A stretch of DNA of 64,000 nucleotides from an uncultured Anaerolineales bacterium (GTDB lineage Bacteria > Chloroflexota > Anaerolineae > Anaerolineales > UBA11858), in the NCBI GenBank assembly GCA_964438295.1, contig CAYTKR010000007.1, positions 522-64,521 on the forward strand, in the 5' to 3' direction. The first letter of the stretch is position 1. The number at the start of each line of letters is the position of its first letter. The notes under the pieces were generated by a model, which did no database searches, had not been told where the DNA came from, and saw only the letters and a program-made list of their open reading frames with translations. Shown here in pieces: positions 8,711 through 18,126 of this stretch. The position numbers were made by a program, and so were the translations under genes.

Positions 8711-11500
8711 ATGACTCGTAAATCAATTATCGTATGCCTTTTTGCTTTTGGCACTCTTCTAATGAGTATCTCGTTTTGGGCTTTTGCTCAAGAAAATGGC
8801 TTGACAGAAACTTTCGATGATCCTGCTATGCCCGGTTGGGATCATACCCCTGGTGTGACCGTCGAGGATGGTGTGCTACGCATCCAGCCAAGCAACTTTG
8901 CCAGCCGCCATGGAACCTGGGCTGATTACACATTGAGCGTTCGCTTCCGCATCAGCGGCGGTGGTGCATTCGTGATCAGTTTTCACTCTGGGGATCAAGG
9001 TGCCTATCATCTTTTGTTTGATACCCTGCACATGGTTCTTCAGCGCGAGTCTCAAGGACGCGTGGATGAATTGGCCGCGGTGGATGCTTATCTGAATTCT
9101 GAAAATTGGCATGAACTGATCCTTGAAACCCAATCAGGGAAATTACTGATAACTATTCAAGGATTGGGGACCCTATCGTTCGAAGAGACCAATCCGCTGA
9201 CCTCAGGGGGTTTGGCTTTTGAAACCTTGGGAGAAATGACTGTCGAGATAGATCAGGTTTCTCTGATCCCTTTTGAGACAGCAGAAACCCAAAGTACAGA
9301 AATCACCACTGAGGTCGTCACGTCGGTTCCAGGCGCTCCGGCGTACCAAAACCTGCCCTGGGTCCACACTGGTGGGCCGATTGGCGGACTGGGCTACGAT
9401 ATCCGCAAGGATCCGCGCAACCCCGATGTGATGTACGTTACCGACGCCTGGGCGGGCGCATTCAAGAGCCTGGATGGCGGGAAGAACTGGTTCCCAATTA
9501 ACAACGGCATCACTGCCCGCGTTGGGCCCTCCAATGACGGGATTCCTGTTTTCAGCCTGACGATTGATCCCAATAACCCGGATACCCTTTGGGCGGGGAC
9601 GCAGTTTGGGGGCGGTGTCTTCCGCAGTGATGATGCTGGCGGTACCTGGCGCTCGATGAGCAATGGCATCCAGGAAAGAACGTTTACCATCCGCGGCTTC
9701 ACCGTTGAGCCAGGCAACTCGAATGTGGTGTACCTGGGAGGAGAGATTCCCAGCCATGAATGGAACGGGGAGCCGCTGCCGGGTTTGGGGTTGGACATGA
9801 CAAAGGGAGCGGTTTACAAAACTACCGATGGCGGCCAGAATTGGACGCGCATCTGGTACGGCGATAACCTGACCCGGTATATATGGATCCATCCTGAAGA
9901 TCATAATCTACTTTATGTTTCTACGGGCATCTTCGACCGTGAGGCAGCCAACAGCAATCCCGACACCATCGAGCCGGGCGGCGTAGGTATTCTGCGCAGT
10001 CTTGATGGGGGCGCTACCTGGGAAGTATTGGGTGTGAACAACGGTATCCGGACTGATGAACTTTATTTTGGTAGCTTGGCCATGCACCCTGAGAACCCGG
10101 AGATTCTCATCGGCGCAGCCGGGAACGATCCCTACATGTGGGCTTTGGGATATCCCATTGGTGCCATTTATCGAACCCGGGATGGCGGTGATTCCTGGGA
10201 TCGAGTGCTCGATCTGCCCAACGCCAGCGCCATGGAAATGTGCGAGAGCGATCCAAATGTGGTCTATGCCGCATCCTTGAGTGCTTTCTACCGCAGCGAT
10301 GACGGGGGCGATTCCTGGCAGCAGTTGGGCGGCAGTGGCGACACTGGACAAACTGGGTCCGCCCTGTGGGGATCGCCTGACGAGATCGCCGGTTTCCCCA
10401 TCGATATGCAGTGCGATCCGCGCGATCCCATGCGCATATTTGTCAACAACTACGGCGGCGGCAACTTTATGAGCACTGATGGAGGACAGAATTGGGTCAA
10501 CGCCAGCAAAGGCTACACCGGCGCGCTGATGCACCAGATTATTGTCTCCCCAAGTAATTCATCTCTGGTGTATGCCAGCGCACGCAGTGGAATTTTCAGC
10601 AGCAGTGACGGTGGTGAAAACTGGCTGGGGATGTCGCACGGTGTGGCGCGCGCCATGGAGGCCTATGCGATTGCGGTTGATCCACAGGATTCATCCCATT
10701 TGATTGCCGTAATTGGAGATGCAGGACCGGTTCCAAAAATTTCGCATGATGGCGGTCTCACATGGAACGAGGCTGAACCAAATATTGGTGAGGAGAAAGG
10801 TTTCTTCGAATGGGACCTGATGAAGAAGGCTGCTTATTCTCCTGTAAAACCCGGACGAGTGATCGGTATCCAGGGTGAAGTCGAATGTGATATACAAGAC
10901 TCGTGCGGTGAAGGGCGTGGTGTGATTTTCTCTGATGATGGTGGCCGGTCCTGGAAAATGTCGAATCTGATCACTGGTTTGGCGACTGACCTGGCCTTTG
11001 CGCATGACGGTGTTGTTTATGTTTCTGTCTATCCTGGTGATCTATATAAATCCACGGATGATGGCGAGACTTGGGTATTAATTACATCCCAGATCGCCGC
11101 TGGCATACAACCGGTTGACCCCGATCCCGATATCCCCGGAGCGGCCATGACGGCGTTGGCGGTGGACCCGCAAAACCCAAATAGACTCTACGCTGGGTTT
11201 CAGCGCGGCGGTGTGATGGTCAGCCAGGACGGCGGCATTAGTTGGACGGGCTCTTCTTCAGGAATGAATCCAGAAACCAGCGTGCTCGATATCGTCGCTG
11301 ATCCTGCAAATCCAGGCGAGTTATATGCAGCGACTCCTGATAGCGGTGTGTATGTATCAACGGATAGTGGCGCTACCTGGATGGCCATCAATGATGGGCT
11401 ACTGACTCGGGCTGCGGTTAGCCTGGCATTGTCTGCAGACGGTAGTGTTCTCTATGTAGCGACCACAGGCGGTGGCGTTTTCCGCTTGGGTACGCCATAA
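8711..11500 (+). CDS. Secreted LamG/DUF1080-like + BNR repeat double beta-propeller protein, paralogue 2
   Basis: Same architecture and collinear with 5892-8672 (TFDDPAMPGWD; SLDGGKNW, SDDAGGTW, TTDGGQNW...). The ATG at 8711, with GAGAGGTGA upstream, is preferred over the TTG at 8696. Confidence 0.75.
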   Translation: MTRKSIIVCLFAFGTLLMSISFWAFAQENGLTETFDDPAMPGWDHTPGVTVEDGVLRIQPSNFASRHGTWADYTLSVRFRISGGGAFVISFHSGDQGAYHLLFDTLHMVLQRESQGRVDELAAVDAYLNSENWHELILETQSGKLLITIQGLGTLSFEETNPLTSGGLAFETLGEMTVEIDQVSLIPFETAETQSTEITTEVVTSVPGAPAYQNLPWVHTGGPIGGLGYDIRKDPRNPDVMYVTDAWAGAFKSLDGGKNWFPINNGITARVGPSNDGIPVFSLTIDPNNPDTLWAGTQFGGGVFRSDDAGGTWRSMSNGIQERTFTIRGFTVEPGNSNVVYLGGEIPSHEWNGEPLPGLGLDMTKGAVYKTTDGGQNWTRIWYGDNLTRYIWIHPEDHNLLYVSTGIFDREAANSNPDTIEPGGVGILRSLDGGATWEVLGVNNGIRTDELYFGSLAMHPENPEILIGAAGNDPYMWALGYPIGAIYRTRDGGDSWDRVLDLPNASAMEMCESDPNVVYAASLSAFYRSDDGGDSWQQLGGSGDTGQTGSALWGSPDEIAGFPIDMQCDPRDPMRIFVNNYGGGNFMSTDGGQNWVNASKGYTGALMHQIIVSPSNSSLVYASARSGIFSSSDGGENWLGMSHGVARAMEAYAIAVDPQDSSHLIAVIGDAGPVPKISHDGGLTWNEAEPNIGEEKGFFEWDLMKKAAYSPVKPGRVIGIQGEVECDIQDSCGEGRGVIFSDDGGRSWKMSNLITGLATDLAFAHDGVVYVSVYPGDLYKSTDDGETWVLITSQIAAGIQPVDPDPDIPGAAMTALAVDPQNPNRLYAGFQRGGVMVSQDGGISWTGSSSGMNPETSVLDIVADPANPGELYAATPDSGVYVSTDSGATWMAINDGLLTRAAVSLALSADGSVLYVATTGGGVFRLGTP

Positions 11501-11517
11501 ATCCATTTTGGTTCAAT

Positions 11518-11617
11518 GGGAATTCCTGTGAGAGACTTCACATTTGGGGGTAGGGGGTGTGCGGAGCATGCCCCCTACCCCCAAATGCGGTACCTTACCA
11601 CGGGAACTCCTTTTTAG
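11518..11617 (+). terminator. Long palindromic element / probable intrinsic terminator after paralogue 2
   Basis: A perfect 17-bp stem CATTTGGGGGTAGGGGG (11541-11557) / CCCCCTACCCCCAAATG (11571-11587) is nested in outer arms GGAATTCCTGTG / CACGGGAACTCC. A TTTTT run follows. Confidence 0.5.
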
Positions 11618-11816
11618 TTGCGAGATCTATGTGACCAATGAGATATAATCATTGTAGTGGGAGAAGTAGAGGTCATTGTTGATCTGGGCGCAACATCGCT
11701 GTCCTTGGATCGAAACACGGCCCCTTCGATGGCGCAGGATTTGTCAATTGCTGAGAGTTTGATGCTGATGTGTCAAATATTCGCTATATGACTCTGACTC
11801 TATTGGAGGAATTATC

Positions 11817-14621
11817 ATGTTGCGTCACCGTTATCGCATTATCCGATCTTTGTTTGTTTTATGGATGGTTGTCCCTCTGTCGCTTACCTATGCTCAGGGG
11901 ACTGGATTCTCGGACAACTTCGATGATCCAGCCCTTCCTGGTTGGGATCATTCTCCCAGAGTATTTGCCGATGAGGGCATCTTGCACATTGAAGCGGGGA
12001 ACTTCGCAGTCATTCATGGGGAGTGGGGTGCTGATTATACACTCACGACAACTTTACGCTCATATGGGCAAGGTGATTTTTTTCTAAACTTCAATACCAG
12101 TGAATCAGGCGCATATCATCTTATCTTTGGCCAAGAATTCATACGCCTGGATCGGGAAGCCGGGGGCCAGGTGATTGAGTTGGGCACATCACAGCACTCT
12201 CATCATGAAGCAGCATGGTATATAGTGACACTGATGGCATCTGGTGGAAATTTTCGTGTAGCGCTGAATGATGAAACTGTCTTGGAGGCTAACGACCCCA
12301 ATCCTCTCCCACCAGGCGGGATCAGTTTTGAGGCTCTCGAGGCCGGAGAACTCCAGCTTGACGAATTATCGATTACCTTTGACGAGGGAGTTACGTCTCA
12401 CACCGAAGCGATATCATCGTCAGATGAAGAAGCACTGCCTGCTACCAGCGACCTTTCATCTCAGGCTGAAAACTGGATCCGACTGGGCGGTCCGCCCGGT
12501 GGCTTGGGCTATGATATCCGCTTCAATTTTGCTGATCCCAATACATGGTATGTCACCGATAATTTCGCCGGAGTACACGTAAGCGCGGATAACGGCCTGT
12601 CCTGGTTGCCCAGCAATGTCGGCATTCCGGGCCAGGGCGGGGTTACCGGCGATGCGATCCCAATTTTCAGTCTGACTGTTGACCCACACAACCCCCAGAT
12701 CCTCTGGGCGGGAACAGATTGGAGTGGTCATGTCTACAAATCGGTAGATGGTGGTCTTACCTGGGAGCAAAAGGATTACGGCATCACAATTGAGTATGGC
12801 GGCCTAAGTTTCCGGGGCTTCACAGTTGATCCGCGTTCGTCGGATATAGTTTATGCTATGGGTGAGACCCATGATGCGATCACAGGGGGTGCTGTATGGG
12901 GAATGGGAACCGGCGGTGTGGTGTATAAGACTGTTGATGGAGGTGAACATTGGGATGTGCTCTGGGACGGGGGAATCCCATCCAGCCTGGCGCGCTACCT
13001 TTGGGTTGACCCTCGTGATCCGAACATCCTCTACGTTTCTACAGGAATCTTCGACCGGGGTGCTGTTGGCGAGAGTGCAAACCCGGAGATGGATGAAGAG
13101 CCCTTCGGTGGTTTAGGAGTACTTAAATCCAATGATGGCGGCCAGACCTGGCGTGTTTTGGGGAAGGAAAACGGTCTGGATATGCTCTACATTGGCAGCC
13201 TGTTCATGCATCCTGCGAAGCCCGACATTTTGTTGGCTGCAGCCGGACACTTGATCCCCGGGCCAGCAGCAGAACACTTGATTAGAAATGAGCTAAGTCC
13301 CGCTGGGATCTATCGCACCACGAATGGCGGTGAAAACTGGACTCAGGTGCTCATACCGCCTTTGGATCGAGTCGGTGAAGCATTTACCTCTGTCGAGCTA
13401 TGTCCTTCTGATCCAAACATAGGTTACGCAGGCAGCGAATTGGCAGTCTATCGCACCGAAGATGCTGGATTGACTTGGGAACTGGTTGCCGGAGGCACTG
13501 ATGGTTGGGGCCCTCCTGGAGTGGTCACAGGCTGGCCCATAGATATGCAGTGCGACCCACGTGATACCAATCGGGTCTTTGCTAACAATTACAACGGAGG
13601 CAACTTCCTCAGTGAAGATGGCGGTCGTACCTGGGTAAATGCCAGCCGGGGCTATACCGGTGCTCAGGTGATTCGGGTGGCGATCGATGCTAGCGATTCA
13701 GCGCGGATCTACGCTGCGGGGCGCAGTGGACCCTGGTCCAGCGCTGATGGTGGTACGAGCTGGCAAGGAGCTTTCTATCTCGTCGATTCTGAGGGTGTAC
13801 CTGGCCTAGAGTGGATGACCATCGCTGCGGACCCGGCTCGTCAGGGTCATCTGTTGGGCGGTCATGGCGCGATGCTCGAATCGGATGATGGAGGTCAAAG
13901 CTGGCATGTGCGAACGTCCGTAGAACAAATCGGCGGCGAAGGAGCTTTCAGCACGATCCTATTTGCGCCATCAAATCCAACCATTGTCTACGCCGGTATT
14001 GCTGGCGATGGCTGCATTCGAATGCGCGAGCCAACACCCTGCGATGTCGGTTTTGGGGTGGTCGTTTCTCGTGATGGCGGAAGAAACTGGCAACGCGCCA
14101 TAGATGCTGTTCTGGATGAGCTCCCAGTTTATGATGTGGCCGTTTCTCCGGACGATGCCAAGCAGGTTTACGCTGCCACGGAAGATGGTCTTTATAAGAG
14201 CCTCAATGGTGGCGAAACCTGGGAGAAACTCGACCAGCTGCCCAGCGGAGATCGCGTCCGAGCGGTATCCGTCAGCCCAGCTGAATCACATAAGGTCATC
14301 GCAGCAGTCGAGCCTACAGGTATCTACCTGAGCGCTGACGGTGGTGAAACCTGGGTGCAGGCCACGGCCGGGTTAGAGCCGAATAGCGCGATCCATGATA
14401 TCGAATTCGATCCGCAAAACCCGCAGGTGATCTACATCAGTGATACCTTAAGTGGTATATACCGTAGCAACGATGGCGGCCACCACTGGCTGAAGATCAA
14501 TCAAGGTTTGAGCAACCGAGCTGTCTTGGGTTTGGCGATATCGCACGATGGGCAGCTTATATACGTTGGCACGGATGGTGGCGGGGTCTTTCGGCTAGAT
14601 TTGAACGGAATTGCACCATAA
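11817..14621 (+). CDS. Secreted LamG/DUF1080-like + BNR repeat double beta-propeller protein, paralogue 3
   Basis: GGAGGA RBS, signal peptide, 'FSDNFDDPALPGWD', then Asp-boxes (SADNGLSW, SVDGGLTW, TVDGGEHW, SNDGGQTW, TTNGGENW, SEDGGRTW...). It shares the motif 'PIDMQCDPRD.NR.F.NNY.GGNF.SEDGG.TW' with the other two. Confidence 0.75.
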   Translation: MLRHRYRIIRSLFVLWMVVPLSLTYAQGTGFSDNFDDPALPGWDHSPRVFADEGILHIEAGNFAVIHGEWGADYTLTTTLRSYGQGDFFLNFNTSESGAYHLIFGQEFIRLDREAGGQVIELGTSQHSHHEAAWYIVTLMASGGNFRVALNDETVLEANDPNPLPPGGISFEALEAGELQLDELSITFDEGVTSHTEAISSSDEEALPATSDLSSQAENWIRLGGPPGGLGYDIRFNFADPNTWYVTDNFAGVHVSADNGLSWLPSNVGIPGQGGVTGDAIPIFSLTVDPHNPQILWAGTDWSGHVYKSVDGGLTWEQKDYGITIEYGGLSFRGFTVDPRSSDIVYAMGETHDAITGGAVWGMGTGGVVYKTVDGGEHWDVLWDGGIPSSLARYLWVDPRDPNILYVSTGIFDRGAVGESANPEMDEEPFGGLGVLKSNDGGQTWRVLGKENGLDMLYIGSLFMHPAKPDILLAAAGHLIPGPAAEHLIRNELSPAGIYRTTNGGENWTQVLIPPLDRVGEAFTSVELCPSDPNIGYAGSELAVYRTEDAGLTWELVAGGTDGWGPPGVVTGWPIDMQCDPRDTNRVFANNYNGGNFLSEDGGRTWVNASRGYTGAQVIRVAIDASDSARIYAAGRSGPWSSADGGTSWQGAFYLVDSEGVPGLEWMTIAADPARQGHLLGGHGAMLESDDGGQSWHVRTSVEQIGGEGAFSTILFAPSNPTIVYAGIAGDGCIRMREPTPCDVGFGVVVSRDGGRNWQRAIDAVLDELPVYDVAVSPDDAKQVYAATEDGLYKSLNGGETWEKLDQLPSGDRVRAVSVSPAESHKVIAAVEPTGIYLSADGGETWVQATAGLEPNSAIHDIEFDPQNPQVIYISDTLSGIYRSNDGGHHWLKINQGLSNRAVLGLAISHDGQLIYVGTDGGGVFRLDLNGIAP

Positions 14622-14692
14622 ATCTTTGCGGTTGTTACTTTTTGGTTGGTGGTGGCGACGAAATATGAAATCTTCTAATCGGAGTAGAAAAT

Positions 14693-16417
14693 ATGCTCTC
14701 GTTCAATATATCCCTCTCGAGAATTAGTTTTTTCGTGTTGGTTGTAGCTTTACTAGCAGCCTGCCAAAAGACGCCGTTAAGTGTTGCGCTTGCAGCAATG
14801 CCAGGGTCGGGTACGATCTCGGGTGTCGTCCTCGATGAAACTAGCACTGTCTCAGGTGCTGTTGTGCGTGTGCAAGCAACTGATAACTATACCATCACGG
14901 ATGAGAAAGGCTGCTTCATGCTGACGGATTTATTGGCTGAAGGGCCTCTGTTTATTACCGCTTGGGCCTCAGGTTATTACATCGTGGGTGTCGAAGCCTC
15001 ACCAGGAGATGAGGATATCGAAATTCATCTTCACGCGCATACGAATGAAGACAACCCAGAGTATGAGTGGCTTCCTTCTCAGTATCATCTGGGTCAAGGG
15101 GAAAACCAGGGTTGCGCTGAGTGCCACAGCGCTGCCGGTACGGATCTTGAATTCACCCTACCCGTCGACGAGTGGCTGCTAGACGCTCATTCCCAATCCG
15201 CCACCAACCCACGCTTCCTGACCATGTACCTGGGTCAAGATATAGCTGGGAAGCAAAGCCCTCCCACGCGCTATGGCACTAGCCGTGATTACGGCACCTT
15301 CCCCCTGCGTCCCGATCCCAACAAGCCCTATTATGGTCCCGGTTATAAACTCGACTTCCCCGAGACGGCCGGCAATTGCGCCGCCTGCCACACCCCCGCA
15401 GCTTCGGTGAATAATCCTTATGGCGTGGACCCTACTACCGTGAGCGGCGTCGCGGCCGAGGGCGTGCCCTGCGATTTCTGCCACAAGATTTGGGATGTCC
15501 GACTGGATCAAAGTGGCTTGCCATTTCGCAACATGCCTGGTGTACTATCGTTTGAGTTTCGGCGCCCGCCTGATGGACACCAGTTTTTCGCCGGTCCTTT
15601 CGATGATGTAGCTCCGGGTGAGGATACGTTCTCAGCTTTACAGACTGAGAGCCAGATCTGCGCCCCCTGCCACTTTGGCGTCTTTTGGGATACATTGGTT
15701 TACAATTCCTTTGGGGAGTGGCTGGAAAGCTCTTACAGCGACCCAGACACAGGTCAGACTTGCCAGGATTGTCACATGCCATCCTTGGGAATAACTCAAT
15801 TTGCTCGTTCTGAGAAAGGCGGTTTGCAACGCGCCGCTGAGACCATCTTCAGCCACCGCATGTCGGGCGCCGCCGACGAAGATCTGTTGCAAAATGCAGT
15901 CACTCTGGATGTGGCTGCCCAAATCCAGGATGAGCAGCTCGTTGTCGATGTCACGATCACTAACGATAGAACCGGTCATCATGTACCCACGGACAGCCCG
16001 TTGAGACATATGATCTTGATCGTGGGTGCGACCGATCCCGAAGGGAATCTATTACCTCAGGTGGACGGCCCAACGGTCCCCCTGTGGGGTGGGGTGGGTG
16101 ACCTTGATGAGGGTTACTACGCTGGAGCCCCCGGCACAGCCTATGCCAAGATCTTACAGGAGATGTGGACGGAAGTTACCCCCACAGGAGCTTATTGGAA
16201 CCCCACACGCATTTTGAGCGACAATCGCATCCCCGCCATGGATAGCGATACCACGAGTTATGTCTTCCAGACCTCAAAGGTCTCTGATGTGTTTGAGGCC
16301 TCTGTAAATGTAAAACTACTTTTCCGACGAGCGTTCATCGAACTGATGGATCAAAAGGGTTGGGATTCCCCCGATATCTTAATGGCTGAAGAGAAGTTAA
16401 TCTTTGGTGGCGATTGA
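14693..16417 (+). CDS. Secreted pentahaem c-type cytochrome with an N-terminal carboxypeptidase-regulatory-like (Ig-like) domain
   Basis: Signal/lipoprotein-like N-terminus (LLAAC), then 'GTISGVVLDE..VVRVQATDNYTITDEKGCFMLTDL'. Five CxxCH motifs follow (CAECH, CAACH, CDFCH, CAPCH, CQDCH). Confidence 0.7.
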   Translation: MLSFNISLSRISFFVLVVALLAACQKTPLSVALAAMPGSGTISGVVLDETSTVSGAVVRVQATDNYTITDEKGCFMLTDLLAEGPLFITAWASGYYIVGVEASPGDEDIEIHLHAHTNEDNPEYEWLPSQYHLGQGENQGCAECHSAAGTDLEFTLPVDEWLLDAHSQSATNPRFLTMYLGQDIAGKQSPPTRYGTSRDYGTFPLRPDPNKPYYGPGYKLDFPETAGNCAACHTPAASVNNPYGVDPTTVSGVAAEGVPCDFCHKIWDVRLDQSGLPFRNMPGVLSFEFRRPPDGHQFFAGPFDDVAPGEDTFSALQTESQICAPCHFGVFWDTLVYNSFGEWLESSYSDPDTGQTCQDCHMPSLGITQFARSEKGGLQRAAETIFSHRMSGAADEDLLQNAVTLDVAAQIQDEQLVVDVTITNDRTGHHVPTDSPLRHMILIVGATDPEGNLLPQVDGPTVPLWGGVGDLDEGYYAGAPGTAYAKILQEMWTEVTPTGAYWNPTRILSDNRIPAMDSDTTSYVFQTSKVSDVFEASVNVKLLFRRAFIELMDQKGWDSPDILMAEEKLIFGGD

Positions 16418-16455
16418 CCTCATTTGGGAGCGAATAATTCTTCTGTATTTTTATT

Positions 16456-18126
16456 TTAAGATAGGGGGCATTCAAGGGTAAATTTTGATTGGCTACTCCG
16501 ATCAAATTGAATATTTCCTTGAAGTTGCGCGGCTAACGCCTGAACTAGCTTTAGTCCCAGTGAATGGCTTGAATTAAGATCAAAATCTTCTGGTAAGCCA
16601 ACCCCATTATCTGCGACACTCATTTGTAGCAAGTTAGGAGGAATTTCTCTCAAAACAACTCGAATCTCTCCCTTCAAATCCTCTGGAAATGCGTGTTTGA
16701 GGGAATTGGAGATGAGTTCATTGAGAATCAATCCACAGGAAATGCCGGTATCGATATCAACAACGATCTGATCTGATTCTACACATAGGCGTGTTTTCTC
16801 CGCTCCGATTCTGTGGCTGCTGACTAATAATTCTGCTAATTCCTTTATATACTCACCAAATTCGATTTCAACGAGATTTTTCGTTTGGTAAAGTTTGTCA
16901 TGAATCATTGCCATCGCTTGAATTCGATTTTGGCTTTCGTGATATATATTTTGCAGATCTTGTTCGTTGATCTGATAAGATAATAGGCCAACCAGACTTG
17001 ATACGATTTGCAGATTATTCCGAATATAGTGGTGGATATCTTGGAGCAATCTCTCCTTCTCATCGAGAGAGTTTTTGATCCTATGCTCATAGGCTGTAGA
17101 AGGTGTGATATCGTGGAGGAATACGATCGAGCCTCGAATATGTTTAGGCATTAATTGTATAGATTTGGAAGTCACTTCGTAAGTGAACCTACTCGTATCT
17201 CTTGTGGTTGTTGTGGTATTGAGGGGTGTTGCCAATCGTTCTCTGGCTATTGCCCAGGGGATATCAAATGCCTGATTCCAAATTGCTGCAAAATCTTGAC
17301 CGATCAAATTGTCTCTCTTTTGCAGTATATTTTTAGTGACTGACGGATTATGTCCCAAAATGCGATCCTCGGAGTCAAGCACGATGATGCCATCGTGAAT
17401 GTTTTCAATAATCGTCTTGCGAACGACTGGGATCATATCTCCAACCTGGAGCTGTCTTTCGAGACCGACATTAAGTAAGACACCTATTGCGATCGCGATC
17501 GGAGCCAGTTCAAGCGTGGGGATAACCCTGATATCAAGAATATCGAAGACAGACCCAATAATTGGGAGAGTGGCTGAAATAATCAGCAGGATTGCCTGTT
17601 TCCCAAAAAGATTCCGAGAAGCAAACGCTGTTTTGATAAATGGACTCAGACTAAGAGCAATGAGAGAATAGGAAATGATGATGAGAGGCCAACGGCCAAT
17701 TCCATTTTCGAAGATCAATTCGCTAAAGGGATTATCAATATCCATGCGGTAGTCAGTCCAGACAAAGCCGTGCAGTTCATTGGTAGCGTGTAGCACTATT
17801 GCGATTGTAAAGACCCCAAAAAATATATTTCGCCAAAGATTGTTTTTTTGTCCGGTGATTTGAAAAGATTGTGTGCCAAGGTACCAGGCAAACGGAATAG
17901 TGATCACGCCGATATTTTGCATTTGATTCCAAAATATTTTGCCAGCTAAAGTACTTGACCCAATTTCTAGAGCAAGGGCTGCTAGCCATAGGGCGCTGGC
18001 TGCTATCACAAGATCGATACCGCTGAGAGGTGTTCTTCGACGCCATTTTAGCCATGCGCCGGAAAGCAAAATCAAGAAAGCTATCAACATTGGGAGAACC
18101 GCAAAGGGCAAATGTTGAAAATTCAT
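16456..18126 (-). CDS. Sensor histidine kinase, 7TM-PAS-HisKA_2-HATPase, type A (A1)
   Basis: Multi-helix hydrophobic N-terminus, PAS-like IHDGIIVLDSEDRILGHNP, H-box DIHHYIRNNLQIVSS, N-box LNELISNSLKHAF and G-box DNGVGLP. The start ATG shares one base with the stop of the upstream kinase (TGATG). Confidence 0.85.
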   Translation of the reverse strand: MNFQHLPFAVLPMLIAFLILLSGAWLKWRRRTPLSGIDLVIAASALWLAALALEIGSSTLAGKIFWNQMQNIGVITIPFAWYLGTQSFQITGQKNNLWRNIFFGVFTIAIVLHATNELHGFVWTDYRMDIDNPFSELIFENGIGRWPLIIISYSLIALSLSPFIKTAFASRNLFGKQAILLIISATLPIIGSVFDILDIRVIPTLELAPIAIAIGVLLNVGLERQLQVGDMIPVVRKTIIENIHDGIIVLDSEDRILGHNPSVTKNILQKRDNLIGQDFAAIWNQAFDIPWAIARERLATPLNTTTTTRDTSRFTYEVTSKSIQLMPKHIRGSIVFLHDITPSTAYEHRIKNSLDEKERLLQDIHHYIRNNLQIVSSLVGLLSYQINEQDLQNIYHESQNRIQAMAMIHDKLYQTKNLVEIEFGEYIKELAELLVSSHRIGAEKTRLCVESDQIVVDIDTGISCGLILNELISNSLKHAFPEDLKGEIRVVLREIPPNLLQMSVADNGVGLPEDFDLNSSHSLGLKLVQALAAQLQGNIQFDRSSQSKFTLECPLS

